22,716 nt of DNA, taken from positions 1 to 22,716 of the forward strand of contig JAYZFK010000050.1 of assembly GCA_036336835.1 (NCBI GenBank). The letters run 5' to 3'. The position numbers and the translations under genes are program-made. Of this stretch, positions 1 to 9,115 are shown piece after piece (the first letter of the stretch is position 1; every line of letters begins with the position of its first letter). The notes under the pieces were generated by a model, which was not told the origin of the DNA, searched no databases, and saw only the letters and a list, made by a program, of their open reading frames with translations. The DNA is from Myxococcota bacterium. Lineage in GTDB: Bacteria; Myxococcota_A; UBA9160; UBA4427.

Positions 1-764
1 GCCTCGGTGCGCGAATGGCCGAGGTCGGTCCAGTACAGCATCAGGTGGTCGATCATTCCGAGCTGCGAAAACGCATAACAGAACAGCACGTAGAGCAGGA
101 TCCAGAACGCCGGCGTTCGGGTGGCCGCCGCGAGTGAGAGCGACGTCGCATCCGATCGCGGCGCGGGTGTCTGGTTCGCCGTTCTAGCGGCTGCGAGCTC
201 GCCCGGCCTCGGATCGCGCACGGCAAAGATCGCAAACGGAAGGATCACCGCGACGCCACCGATGCCGATTGCCAGAGCCGCCCCACGCCACGAGCCCGAC
301 GCCGAGAGCGCTGCGATCGCGTGCACGAAGACCACGCCCCCGAGGTTCGAACCGATGAGCGCGATCCCCAGGGCGACACTGCGACCACGATCGAACCAGC
401 GCGTAATGACGGCTCCGATGACTACGTCGCCGATCCCCGCGTTGCCCGCCGCCAGCAGCACCACCGCCAGGTAGAGGTGCCACAGCTCGAATGTCCCGCT
501 CAGTACGACGAAGCTGGCCAGCAGGCACGCGAGCGAAGCCAGCACCACCGCCCGCACGCCGAAGCGCACGCACGCTGTCCCGACCACGGCCTGCGCAACC
601 GACGACACCAGCAGCATCGGGGTCATGGCCGACGACCACATCGCCCGCGTCCAGCCGAGCTCTTCGATCAGGTCGGGAGACAGTGCGCGCGTGGCGTAGA
701 AGAAGCCGGCCCCGAATTGGCACACCAGGCAGCCGAGCACGACCAGGACGGCGCGAGCGGGCAT
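1..764 (-). CDS. MFS transporter, OFA/MCT-like (3' end runs off the window)
   Basis: Not in the ORF track because there is no stop in the window. Manual translation from ATG 764: MPARAVLVVLGCLVCQFGAGFFYATRALSPDLIEELGWTRAMWSSAMT...VRFGVRAVV...VITRWFDRGRSVALGIALIGSNLGG...GSWRGAA...ATRTPAFWILL. Repeated TM helices plus the typical MFS 'RWF.R.R..ALG' and 'RT..FW.L' segments; frame is open to position 1. Confidence 0.9.
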   Translation of the reverse strand, partial: MPARAVLVVLGCLVCQFGAGFFYATRALSPDLIEELGWTRAMWSSAMTPMLLVSSVAQAVVGTACVRFGVRAVVLASLACLLASFVVLSGTFELWHLYLAVVLLAAGNAGIGDVVIGAVITRWFDRGRSVALGIALIGSNLGGVVFVHAIAALSASGSWRGAALAIGIGGVAVILPFAIFAVRDPRPGELAAARTANQTPAPRSDATSLSLAAATRTPAFWILLYVLFCYAFSQLGMIDHLMLYWTDLGHSRTE

Positions 765-824
765 GGCCGCGGAGAGTACCGGAATCTGCCCACGCCCAAC
801 GCCGGAATGCTGTACAACAAGGGC
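765..824. promoter_or_regulatory. Compact divergent promoter region (MFS / ferredoxin-P450)
   Basis: 60-bp gap. - strand TACTCT (778-773) is 8 nt before ATG 764; + strand TACAAC (813-818) is 6 nt before ATG 825. No clear SD for either gene. Confidence 0.5.
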
Positions 825-1019
825 ATGCGAGTACGCGTCGACCGAGAGAAGTGCACCGGCCACGGCCGCTGCTACGCGCTGGCGCCCGAGGTCTACGACG
901 CGGACGACGAAGGCTCCTGCGTCATTCCCGAGCAGCAGGTGCCGCCCGAGCACGCCGACGTCGCTCGGCGCGGCGCGCTCAACTGCCCCGAGGACGCGAT
1001 CGAGATCTCTGGGAACTAG
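825..1019 (+). CDS. [3Fe-4S] ferredoxin (P450 electron carrier), 64 aa
   Basis: C-terminal 64 aa of track ORF 321..1019: MRVRVDREKCTGHGRCYALAPEVY...ALNCPEDAI. Has the CxxHxxC...CP motif and lies 11 nt upstream of a P450. Confidence 0.93.
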   Translation: MRVRVDREKCTGHGRCYALAPEVYDADDEGSCVIPEQQVPPEHADVARRGALNCPEDAIEISGN

Positions 1020-1030
1020 GAGGAAGAACC

Positions 1031-2203
1031 ATGGCAGATGAAAGTGTCCCCTTCGACCGCGACGACCCGGAGCTCGCGCGCAACCCGCGCCGCATGTTCA
1101 AGCTGCTGCGCGACCACGCGCCGATCATGCACCTCGCGGAAGGCCCCCGCCCGGGCACGCTCGTCTCCCGCTACGGGAACGTGCTCGAGGTCCTGCGCAA
1201 TCCGGCGGTTTTCTCGTCGAACGACGATGCGGTGGACATCGGCCAGAAGCGGCCGATCATCCCGTTGCAGCTCGACCCGCCCGAGCAGACGCTCTACCGC
1301 AAGCTGATGGCGCCGCTGTTCGCGCCGAGGGTGATCGATGCCCTCGAGGCGCAGACACGGCAGCTCGCGATCGATCTGATCGACGCGGTGGCTGGAGGGA
1401 GCGGGTGCAATTTCCACAGCCGTGTCGCGGAGCCTCTGCCCAGCACCGTGTTCCTGCAGCTGCTCGGTCTTCCGGTCTCGCGCGCGGCCGAGTTCATCGA
1501 GCTCAAGGACGGGATCATCCGCCCGGCCGTCGAGACGCCGTCAGAGCGACGCGCCGCGGTCAACGCCACGGGCGAGAAAATCTATGCAGTGCTCGAGGAG
1601 GTGGTGGCGCAGCGCGTCGAGCAGCGCCGCGACGATTTCATCTCTGGCTTCCTCGACGCGGAGGTCGACGGCGAGCGGCTGACGCCCGAGGACGTGGTCG
1701 ACATCGGCTACCTGTTCTTCCTGGCGGGCCTCGACACCGTGACCGCATCGCTCGATTGCATCGTCGCCTATCTGGCGCAGCACCCCGAGCAGCGCGCGTC
1801 GATCGTGGCGGACCCGTCGCTGATTCCCAACGCGATCGAGGAGCTGCTGCGCTTCGAATCGCCCGTGGCAGGCGTCGCGCGCATCACAGCCCAGGACACC
1901 GAGATCGAGGGCTGCCCGATCGCCAAGGGCACGCACGTCAACGTCATGCTCGGCGCCGCCAACACGGACGACCGCTTCATGGACGACGCCGACCAGGTCG
2001 ACTTCCACCGCGAAGTGAACAAGCACATCGCGTTCGGTGCTGGCGCTCATCGCTGTCTCGGCTCGCACCTCGCGAGGATGGAGCTGCGCGTGGTGATCGA
2101 GGAGTGGCACAAGCGGGTGCCGAACTATTCGCTCGCCCCCGGGATCGAGCTCGAGTACTCCGAGGGGCTGCGCCAGGTCGAGAACCTCGAGCTGGTCTGG
2201 TAG
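1031..2203 (+). CDS. Cytochrome P450, 390 aa
   Basis: SD GAGGA upstream of ATG 1031. I-helix AGLDT, K-helix EELLR, heme loop FGAGAHRCLG. The track's extension to 491 overlaps the ferredoxin and MFS genes and is rejected. Confidence 0.96.
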   Translation: MADESVPFDRDDPELARNPRRMFKLLRDHAPIMHLAEGPRPGTLVSRYGNVLEVLRNPAVFSSNDDAVDIGQKRPIIPLQLDPPEQTLYRKLMAPLFAPRVIDALEAQTRQLAIDLIDAVAGGSGCNFHSRVAEPLPSTVFLQLLGLPVSRAAEFIELKDGIIRPAVETPSERRAAVNATGEKIYAVLEEVVAQRVEQRRDDFISGFLDAEVDGERLTPEDVVDIGYLFFLAGLDTVTASLDCIVAYLAQHPEQRASIVADPSLIPNAIEELLRFESPVAGVARITAQDTEIEGCPIAKGTHVNVMLGAANTDDRFMDDADQVDFHREVNKHIAFGAGAHRCLGSHLARMELRVVIEEWHKRVPNYSLAPGIELEYSEGLRQVENLELVW

Positions 2204-2468
2204 CGCTCAGCCCACGCGCAGCGCCGCGGCAGCCTTGCTGACTGTCGCTCAGGATGTCCAGGTAGGCGAGCAGACCGACCTCGGTCGCTGGATGACTCAA
2301 CGTTGGCGTCGATCCAGGGGTGAGCCTCGGGCGCCGGAGCCCGCATGTCGACGACGGGGTCGTCGTTGTGACTGTGGACGATCGTCGCGCCGACCTCGAT
2401 GACCACGGCGGGGCGCCGCCTATCCAAGTCTCCCCGGAGTCCTCACCCGGACACCGATGCGACTGGAG

Positions 2469-2474
2469 TAGAAT
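2469..2474 (+). promoter_or_regulatory. -10 box TAGAAT, leaderless-type promoter of the acyl-CoA synthetase
   Basis: One mismatch to TATAAT, 7 nt upstream of ATG 2482. Confidence 0.55.
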
Positions 2475-2481
2475 GGCTCGT

Positions 2482-4029
2482 ATGTACCCCGGCGTGCACT
2501 CCCGAGAGATCCCGGACAAGGCGGCCTACGTGATGGCCTCGAGCGGCGAAACCGTCAGCTACGCCCAGCTCGACGAGCGCTCGAACCGTTGCGCGCGACT
2601 GCTGCGCGAACGCGGACTCGGCCCGGGCTCCTCGATCGCGATCCTGCTCGAGAATCACCCCCGCTTCTTCGATGCCTGCTGGGCAGCCCAGCGCTCGGGC
2701 CTCTACTACACGCCGATCGCGAAGCATCTGCTCGCAGAGGAAATCGAGTACATCGCCAACGACTGCGGCGCGGAGGTTCTGATCACGTCGCACGCCTTGC
2801 GCGAGACCGCCGCAGAGCTGGCCGATCGCCTGCCGCGCGTGCGCGAACGCTTCATGATCGACGGTACGATCCCCGGTTTCGCTTCGTACGAAGATGCTGT
2901 GGGGACGCAATCTCCCGAGCCACTCGACGAGGAGCTCGAGGGGCAGGACATGCTCTACTCGTCCGGGACCACCGGGCGACCGAAGGGCATCAAGAATCCG
3001 CTGCCCGATCGTTCGATCGGCACTCCTCCGCCGATGCTCCAGGCACTGGCTGCCGGGCGCTTCGGCTGCAGCCCAGACGCGGTGTACCTGTCCCCGGCAC
3101 CGCTCTACCACTCGGCGCCGCTGCGCTTCACGATGACGCTCCAGCGACTCGGCGCGACCTCGATCGTGATGGAACGCTTCGATCCGCTCCAGGCGCTCGA
3201 GCTGATCGAGCGCCATCGGGTCACGCTCTCGCAGTGGGTACCTACGATGTTCGTCCGCATGCTGAAGCTATCCGACGAGGAGCGCGAGCGGTTCGACCTG
3301 TCGAGCCAGCAGGTAGCACTCCACAGCGCGGCACCGTGCCCGGTGTCCGTCAAGGAGCAGATGATCCAGTGGTGGGGGCCGATCCTGATCGAGTACTACG
3401 GCGCGACCGAGGGGCACGGCGGCACCCAGATCGAATCCGAGGAGTGGCTGCAGCACCCGGGCTCGATCGGCCGAGCGAACACGGGTAGCGAGGTTCACGT
3501 GCTCGACGACGAGGGCAAGGAGCTGCCCGCGGGCGCGATCGGCACATTGTACTTCAGCGGCGGCGAGCACTTCGAGTATCACGGCGATCCGACGAAGACC
3601 GCCGAGACGCGAAGCCCACAGGGCTACGCGACGGTGGGTGACGTCGGCTATGTGGACGAGGAAGGCTACGTCTACCTGACGGATCGCAAGGCGCACATGA
3701 TCATCACCGGCGGCGTCAACGTCTATCCGCAGGAGACCGAGAACGTGCTGGTGGTGCACCCCAAGGTGTACGACGCAGCCGTGATCGGGGTGCCGAACGA
3801 CGAGTTCGGCGAAGAGGTCAAGGCCGTCGTCCAGCCCGCGCACCCCGAAGAGGCCGGGCCCGCGCTCGAGCGCGAGCTGATCGCCTGGTGCCGCGAGCGG
3901 CTCTCGAGCCTCAAGTGCCCGCGCTCGATCGACTTCGAGGCCACGCTCCCGCGCAGCGAGACCGGCAAGCTCTACAAGCGGCTGCTGCGAGACCGCTACT
4001 GGCAGGGACGCGAGCTGACGCCGCGCTGA
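2482..4029 (+). CDS. Acyl-CoA synthetase / AMP-binding CoA ligase (FadD4-like), 515 aa
   Basis: P-loop LYSSGTTGRPKG, PLYHSAP, YYGATEG, TVGDVG, DRKAHMIITGGVNVYPQE, LPRSETGKLYKR. Start MYPG at 2482 (alternative ATG 2473). Confidence 0.93.
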   Translation: MYPGVHSREIPDKAAYVMASSGETVSYAQLDERSNRCARLLRERGLGPGSSIAILLENHPRFFDACWAAQRSGLYYTPIAKHLLAEEIEYIANDCGAEVLITSHALRETAAELADRLPRVRERFMIDGTIPGFASYEDAVGTQSPEPLDEELEGQDMLYSSGTTGRPKGIKNPLPDRSIGTPPPMLQALAAGRFGCSPDAVYLSPAPLYHSAPLRFTMTLQRLGATSIVMERFDPLQALELIERHRVTLSQWVPTMFVRMLKLSDEERERFDLSSQQVALHSAAPCPVSVKEQMIQWWGPILIEYYGATEGHGGTQIESEEWLQHPGSIGRANTGSEVHVLDDEGKELPAGAIGTLYFSGGEHFEYHGDPTKTAETRSPQGYATVGDVGYVDEEGYVYLTDRKAHMIITGGVNVYPQETENVLVVHPKVYDAAVIGVPNDEFGEEVKAVVQPAHPEEAGPALERELIAWCRERLSSLKCPRSIDFEATLPRSETGKLYKRLLRDRYWQGRELTPR

Positions 4030-4057
4030 ACCTCGCGGCTGCCGCTTCCGGAGTGTG

Positions 4058-4063
4058 TATCCT
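4058..4063 (+). promoter_or_regulatory. -10 box TATCCT upstream of uORF/DUF2254
   Basis: TAnnnT hexamer 7 nt upstream of ATG 4071. Confidence 0.45.
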
Positions 4064-4087
4064 CGCGCCGATGCCGGACTCCGCTGC

Positions 4088-5599
4088 ATGAGCCAGACCG
4101 CGCGCGGGACCATCGTCGCGCCGATCGCGCTGATATCCGGGCTGGCGCTCGTCCTGGTAGGCGGCGCGGTGGCGATCGATGGAGGGCTCAGCCTGATCGC
4201 CGATCCGGGTCTGTGGCTCGCAGGGCTGCAAGGCGAGGGCGCGCTCGATCGCGTGGCCAACGCCGCTGAGGTGATAGCGGGCGTGCTCGCGATCGCAATC
4301 ACGGTTGCCGCGATCGTCGTGGAGCTCGCCGCCAACCGCTACACCTCCCGCATCACGCAGCTGTTCGTGCGCAACACCACGAACCGGGTCGTTCTGTCAC
4401 TCTTCGTCCTGACCACGATCGTGTGTCTGTGGACGTCGGCGGCGCCGCTCGAAATGCTCGAGGCTGCGCGGGTCACGTCGGCGCTGGCAATGGCGATGGC
4501 GACCCTGTGCCTGCTCGCACTGCTGCCGTACTTCATGTTCCTGTTCCGGTTCCTCGAACCGCGCAATATCATCGCGCGCATCGGCGAGCAGGCGCTCGAG
4601 GCGGCGCGCAACGGCCAGCGACCCGGGATGCTCGAGGCAATCGAGGAGCTCGAGGACCTGGCGCGCGTTGCACACGAGAACCACGATCGCAGCATCGCGC
4701 TTGCCTCGGTCGACGCTCTCGCCGACGTGCTGCGCGGCTACCTGCCACTGCGCGAAGAGCTTCCGGCGAGCTGGTTCAAGATCGATCTCGAGCTGGCACG
4801 CGATCCCGACTTCGTGGCTCTTGCGCCCTCGACCGTGCGTCAGCTCGAGGAGCAGCGCATCTGGCTCGAAGCCAAGATCTTCCGCCAGTTCCTGTCGCTG
4901 TTCGAAGCGGCGCTCGGCGAAGACCGGGATCTCGGCAACCTGGTCGCGCTCGACACGCGTTCGATCGCGACTGAGCACGCCGCCGAAAACGCCGATCTAC
5001 TCGATCTCGCGATCCGCTTCTTCAACAGCTACCTGCGCGTGGCGATTCGCACCGGCGATATACGGGCCGCCTACTACGTGTTCGATCAGTACCGGGCCGT
5101 CGCCGAAGATGCGCTGCAACGCGGCGATCGCGAGCGGCTCCGCCGCATCGCGACGCACCTCCACGAGTACGGTGACCTTGCCTGCGACCTAGGGCATGAT
5201 TTCCTGCTCGAAGTGATCGCCTGGGACATCGCGACCTTGATCGAGCAGGCGGCAACGAGCCTGACGGACGAAGTCGATCAGCTGCTGGATCGCTTCGTGT
5301 CGGTCGACCGCAAGGACGAGAGGAGAGAGCAGGAAGAACGGCAGGGCGGGGTTCGCCGCATCCAGATCCAGCTGGCAACCCTCTTCCTGCTCCAGAACGA
5401 CGAGGCGCGGGCCCTGCGGATCGCCGAAGACATGCGAAGCGAGAACCCCGAGCAACTCGCGGCCATCCGCAAGGCTCTCGAAGACGAGAGCCGCGAGCAG
5501 TACTGGGAGTTCACCGACCGCGGAGTCAACTTCTCCTACCTGCCCCCCGACCGACGGGCCCAGCTCCCCCGCTTCTTCGACCTCCTGGCGGCGCTTTGA
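4088..5599 (+). CDS. DUF2254-like predicted membrane protein with long helical C-terminal domain, 503 aa
   Basis: About 4 N-terminal TM segments with the pattern 'VLAIAITVAAIVVELAANRYTSRITQLF...VVLSLFVLTTIVCLW', which resembles DUF2254, followed by about 340 aa of soluble helical sequence. Start uncertain (see uORF finding). Confidence 0.72.
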   Translation: MSQTARGTIVAPIALISGLALVLVGGAVAIDGGLSLIADPGLWLAGLQGEGALDRVANAAEVIAGVLAIAITVAAIVVELAANRYTSRITQLFVRNTTNRVVLSLFVLTTIVCLWTSAAPLEMLEAARVTSALAMAMATLCLLALLPYFMFLFRFLEPRNIIARIGEQALEAARNGQRPGMLEAIEELEDLARVAHENHDRSIALASVDALADVLRGYLPLREELPASWFKIDLELARDPDFVALAPSTVRQLEEQRIWLEAKIFRQFLSLFEAALGEDRDLGNLVALDTRSIATEHAAENADLLDLAIRFFNSYLRVAIRTGDIRAAYYVFDQYRAVAEDALQRGDRERLRRIATHLHEYGDLACDLGHDFLLEVIAWDIATLIEQAATSLTDEVDQLLDRFVSVDRKDERREQEERQGGVRRIQIQLATLFLLQNDEARALRIAEDMRSENPEQLAAIRKALEDESREQYWEFTDRGVNFSYLPPDRRAQLPRFFDLLAAL

Positions 5600-5631
5600 C
5601 TTTTACTCCCGAGGAGGCAGAAAGTTCTGCA

Positions 5632-6777
5632 ATGTCGCTCGATCCGATTCCCGCAGTGTGGACCGACGATCCGCATCCGGTGTACCGGCGACTGCGCGAG
5701 GAGCATCCGCTCCACTATCTGGAGGAGCGGGATCTTTGGGTGCTGTCCCGGCACGCAGATCTGCGGGCGGCGATCCGCGATCCCGAGACGTGGTCTTCGA
5801 CGCAGGGCGTCGTTCCGAACGGCTTCGTTCCCGCCAAGCCGACGCTGATCGTGATGGATGCGCCCGACCATGCCTCGATGCGCAACGCGGTGAACCGCGC
5901 ATTCACACCGCGTCGCATCGACCTGCTGGCCCCGCGGATTCGCCGCTTCGCGCAGAGCCTCGTCGACTCGTTTCCAGCAGAGGGTGAGCTCGACGCCTTC
6001 GCAGCGTTCACGGATCCTCTGCCGCTGCTGGTGATGGCCGAGCTGCTGGGGGTCGACCCCGAGCAGCACGAGATGTTCAAGCGCTGCGGGGACGCGATCG
6101 TGTACGCAAGCGACAACCCGCCCGAGGTCCTGCGCACCGCCGAGACCGAGCTGACCGACCACCTGAGCGAAGTCTTCGCCCAGCGTCGCCGCCAGCCGCG
6201 CGAAGACCTGATCAGTGTCCTGCTCCACGCATCGCCGGAGGGGGCCGCGCTGTCGGATGACGACCTGCTCGGGCTCTGCTTTCTGCTGCTGGTCGCCGGC
6301 ACGGAGACGACGACGAGCGCACTCGGCAACGCGATCCTGCTGCTCGACCGGTACCCGGAGGCACGCTCCCGGCTCGTCGCGGACCCCTCGCTCGTCGCCA
6401 GCGCCTGCGAGGAGATCCTGCGCTTCGATTCACCCGTGCAGGGACTGTCTCGGGTCGCCACCCGCGACGTCGAGATGCACGGTCGGACGATTCCCAAGGG
6501 GGCCCGCGTGCACCTGCTGTTCGCGGCGGCGAACCGGGACCCCCGCGCCTTCGAGGAGCCCGAGCGCTTCGATATCGAGCGACGCGACAACCATCACTTC
6601 GCGTTCGGCTTCGGCGTGCACTTCTGTCTCGGTGCGAGTCTCGCGCGCATGGAGCTTCGCATCGGCATCGAGGAGTTCCTCCGTCGTGCCCCCGACTACA
6701 CCGTCCGGCGGGCCGGAGTCGAGCGCCTGCGCTCCGATACCAACCGAGGGTTCCGCCAGCTGCCCGTCTCGCTGTAG
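5632..6777 (+). CDS. Cytochrome P450, 381 aa
   Basis: AGTETT (I helix), EEILR, PERFD, FGFGVHFCLG. GAGGAGG lies upstream of ATG 5632. Confidence 0.96.
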   Translation: MSLDPIPAVWTDDPHPVYRRLREEHPLHYLEERDLWVLSRHADLRAAIRDPETWSSTQGVVPNGFVPAKPTLIVMDAPDHASMRNAVNRAFTPRRIDLLAPRIRRFAQSLVDSFPAEGELDAFAAFTDPLPLLVMAELLGVDPEQHEMFKRCGDAIVYASDNPPEVLRTAETELTDHLSEVFAQRRRQPREDLISVLLHASPEGAALSDDDLLGLCFLLLVAGTETTTSALGNAILLLDRYPEARSRLVADPSLVASACEEILRFDSPVQGLSRVATRDVEMHGRTIPKGARVHLLFAAANRDPRAFEEPERFDIERRDNHHFAFGFGVHFCLGASLARMELRIGIEEFLRRAPDYTVRRAGVERLRSDTNRGFRQLPVSL

Positions 6778-6780
6778 AGT
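6775..6780 (+). promoter_or_regulatory. Possible internal -10 box TAGAGT overlapping the P450 stop codon
   Basis: TAnnnT 8 nt upstream of SD-less ATG 6789. The TAG is also the upstream stop codon, so this may be coincidental. Confidence 0.3.
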
Positions 6781-6788
6781 CCCACTCC

Positions 6789-8096
6789 ATGACACGAACG
6801 ATCTTCCGCAACGCAAACCTGCTCGACGGCACCTCGCCCGGCCGGCCGGGCACCAGTGTCGCGATCGAGGGCAACCGCATCACGGCCGTCGGCCCCGAAG
6901 CTGCGATCGAAGCCGCGCCCGACGACCGCACGATCGAGCTCAGCGGCCACACCCTGATGCCCGGGATGGTGCAGTCGCACTTTCACTCGTGCTTCTCGGA
7001 CTGGGGCGGATCGGCGCCGCAGCTCGGGCTCGAACGACCCGCACCGCTGATGACGCTGATCGCGCGGGCGAACATGGAGACCGCGCTCGCTCACGGCTTC
7101 ACCAGTGTCGTGTGCTCGAGCAGCGCCTACTACATCGACAAGCAGCTCTTGCAAGCCCAGATCCTGGGGCTGTTCAGCGGCCCGCGGATCCTGCCCGGCT
7201 CGCACGAGCTGATGGTTCCCGGCGTCGAGGGCGACGCCGAGGCCGAGAACTGGTACATGGGCCTCACCAACCACGGCATGATCGCCTCGGTGAGTGGCGT
7301 CGACGAGATCCAGCGCACCGTGCGCCGCGAGATCATGCGCGGTGCCGAGATGGTGAAGATCGCCGCCAGCGGAGGGCACACGCTCGGCCACGCCTACGAT
7401 CAAGACACCCCGACGACGGCCGAGATCGAGGCCGCGGCACAGGCAGCGCACGGCCTCGGTCGGCAGATCCGCGCGCACGCAGCCTCGCGCCGTTCGATCC
7501 TCGCCTGTGCGCGTGCCGGCTTCGACGTGATCGACCACGCCGACCGCCTGGACGAAGCATGCATCGAGGCCGTCCTGCAGAACGGCAGCACCCTCGTGCC
7601 CAGCATGTTGTTCACATCGCGGTTGATGGCGATGGTCGAGCAGCTCGCAGCCGAGGGCGAGGCGTTCTCCTGGGGCAGGGGCTTCATCCGCACGGACGCC
7701 GAGTACGCCCAGCGGATCCGCGAGGCACGCGAGGACCTGGACAACATCTCGCGCATGCTGCCGGTCGCCAACGAGTCCGGCGTCCGGATCGCCGTCGGCG
7801 ACGACTACGGCATCGGCTTCATGCCCCACGGCGACTACGCCAGCGAGCTCGAGCTCTACGTGAAGGAGCTCGGCGTGTCCGCGCTGGACGTGCTGCGCTG
7901 GGCCACGGTGAACGGCGCCGCCCTGATGGGTCACGGCGACGAGCTGGGAACGATCGCCGAGGGCAAGCTCGCGGACCTGCTCGTCGTCGCTGGCGACCCG
8001 GTCACCGACATCGGCTGTCTCGGCGACACCGACAATCTGCTGGCAATCGTGAAGGACGGAGAGTTCGTCAAGGACACGCTTGCTGCGCGCAGCTGA
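6789..8096 (+). CDS. Metal-dependent amidohydrolase (Amidohydro_1; Xaa-Pro dipeptidase/ochratoxinase-like group), 435 aa
   Basis: N-terminal beta sandwich (IEGNRITAVG, LSGHTLMPG), HxH in QSHFH, VKIAASGG, RAHA, IDHA, GDDYG, C-terminal LGTIAEGKLADLLVV. Confidence 0.9.
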   Translation: MTRTIFRNANLLDGTSPGRPGTSVAIEGNRITAVGPEAAIEAAPDDRTIELSGHTLMPGMVQSHFHSCFSDWGGSAPQLGLERPAPLMTLIARANMETALAHGFTSVVCSSSAYYIDKQLLQAQILGLFSGPRILPGSHELMVPGVEGDAEAENWYMGLTNHGMIASVSGVDEIQRTVRREIMRGAEMVKIAASGGHTLGHAYDQDTPTTAEIEAAAQAAHGLGRQIRAHAASRRSILACARAGFDVIDHADRLDEACIEAVLQNGSTLVPSMLFTSRLMAMVEQLAAEGEAFSWGRGFIRTDAEYAQRIREAREDLDNISRMLPVANESGVRIAVGDDYGIGFMPHGDYASELELYVKELGVSALDVLRWATVNGAALMGHGDELGTIAEGKLADLLVVAGDPVTDIGCLGDTDNLLAIVKDGEFVKDTLAARS

Positions 8097-8107
8097 GGAG
8101 ACTCGCG

Positions 8108-8992
8108 ATGAAGCTCGGCTACTTCGGAATCAATATGGGCGCATTCGGTACTCCCGAAGCCTGCGTGAAGGTCGCCCGCGCGTGCGAGGCGGCGGGCTAC
8201 GAATCGCTCTGGACGGGTGAGCACGTGGTCGTAATAGACCCCCAGCAGCCTCCCTCGCCACTCGCGCCCCTCACGCCGCAGCTCGACCAGGGGATCGCCC
8301 TGGCCTGGATCGCCGCCCAGACCGAGCGCATTCGGCTAGGCACCGGAATCATCATCCTGCCGCAGCGCAACCCCCTGATCCTGTCGAAGGAGCTGGCAAC
8401 GCTCGACCACGTCTCGAATGGCCGTCTGATGGTCGGCTTCGGTGTCGGCTACGTGCAGGGCGAGTTCGACGCACTCGGCATCCCGTTCGAGGAGCGAGGA
8501 CCGCGCACCACCGAGCACATCGAGGTGCTGCGAGCGATCTGGACCCAGGACCAGCCCCGATTCGAAGGCGAGTTCACGCAGTTCTCGGGGATCCAGCAGC
8601 GTCCGCAGCCACTGCAGGATCCGCACCCGCCGATCTACGTCGGCGGCATGTCGCGCCCCGCCCTGCGGCGGGCAATCGGCCACGGCGACGCCTACTACGG
8701 GTTCTTCCAGAGTGTCGAGGCCACAGCCGGTTTGATCGAAACGATCCGCGAGGAGTCCAAGAGTACCCAGCGACCGGCCTCGCTCGGCAAGCTCCCGCTC
8801 ACGATCACGCCGCCGGCGGGGCTCATCGACCGCGACACCGCTCGGCGCTACGAGGATCTCGGCGTCGAGCGGCTGGTGGTCTTCGCCGATTTCACCGCCA
8901 TGGCAGGCCCCGCTCTCGACCCGAACGGGCCGGAGATCGACGCCGTCGTCGCACATATCGAGAAGCAGGCGAACGAGCTCGGCCTCGGCTGA
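8108..8992 (+). CDS. LLM-class (luciferase-like) oxidoreductase, probably F420-dependent (Rv2161c-like), 294 aa
   Basis: SD GAGGAG then ATG 8108. Motifs GYESLWTGEHVV, TERIRLGTGIIILPQRNP, ATLDHVSNGRL, PQPLQDPHPPIYVGG. This is only the last 294 aa of track ORF 6215..8992. Confidence 0.9.
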   Translation: MKLGYFGINMGAFGTPEACVKVARACEAAGYESLWTGEHVVVIDPQQPPSPLAPLTPQLDQGIALAWIAAQTERIRLGTGIIILPQRNPLILSKELATLDHVSNGRLMVGFGVGYVQGEFDALGIPFEERGPRTTEHIEVLRAIWTQDQPRFEGEFTQFSGIQQRPQPLQDPHPPIYVGGMSRPALRRAIGHGDAYYGFFQSVEATAGLIETIREESKSTQRPASLGKLPLTITPPAGLIDRDTARRYEDLGVERLVVFADFTAMAGPALDPNGPEIDAVVAHIEKQANELGLG

Positions 8993-9115
8993 TCGCCCGC
9001 CACGACGCGCCCCGGGGAGTGCCCGTAGACCACCCGTGGCGCGGCCCTCGTGGCAAAATGGGAGCATGGCCACCGCCGCCCGCATGCCGCCGGCGGACCG
9101 CCCAGGAGCAACCTC

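Noticed and set aside
321..1030. N-terminal extensions of the ferredoxin (from 321) and P450 (from 491), or a ferredoxin-P450 fusion
   Set aside because: The extensions are antisense shadows of the MFS gene. The ferredoxin and P450 are in different frames with a stop at 1017-1019 and a separate SD.
6215..8107. 925-aa ORF suggesting a large N-terminal fusion on the LLM oxidoreductase
   Set aside because: The first 631 codons are Arg/Pro/Ala-rich off-frame readthrough of the P450 and amidohydrolase genes. The real start has an SD at 8108.
8999..9054. Imperfect inverted repeat (GCCACGA...TCGTGGC) after the LLM gene, plus an out-of-frame ATG at 9066
   Set aside because: Short GC-rich arms are expected by chance, there is no U-tract, and the downstream gene has its own good SD, so no function can be supported.
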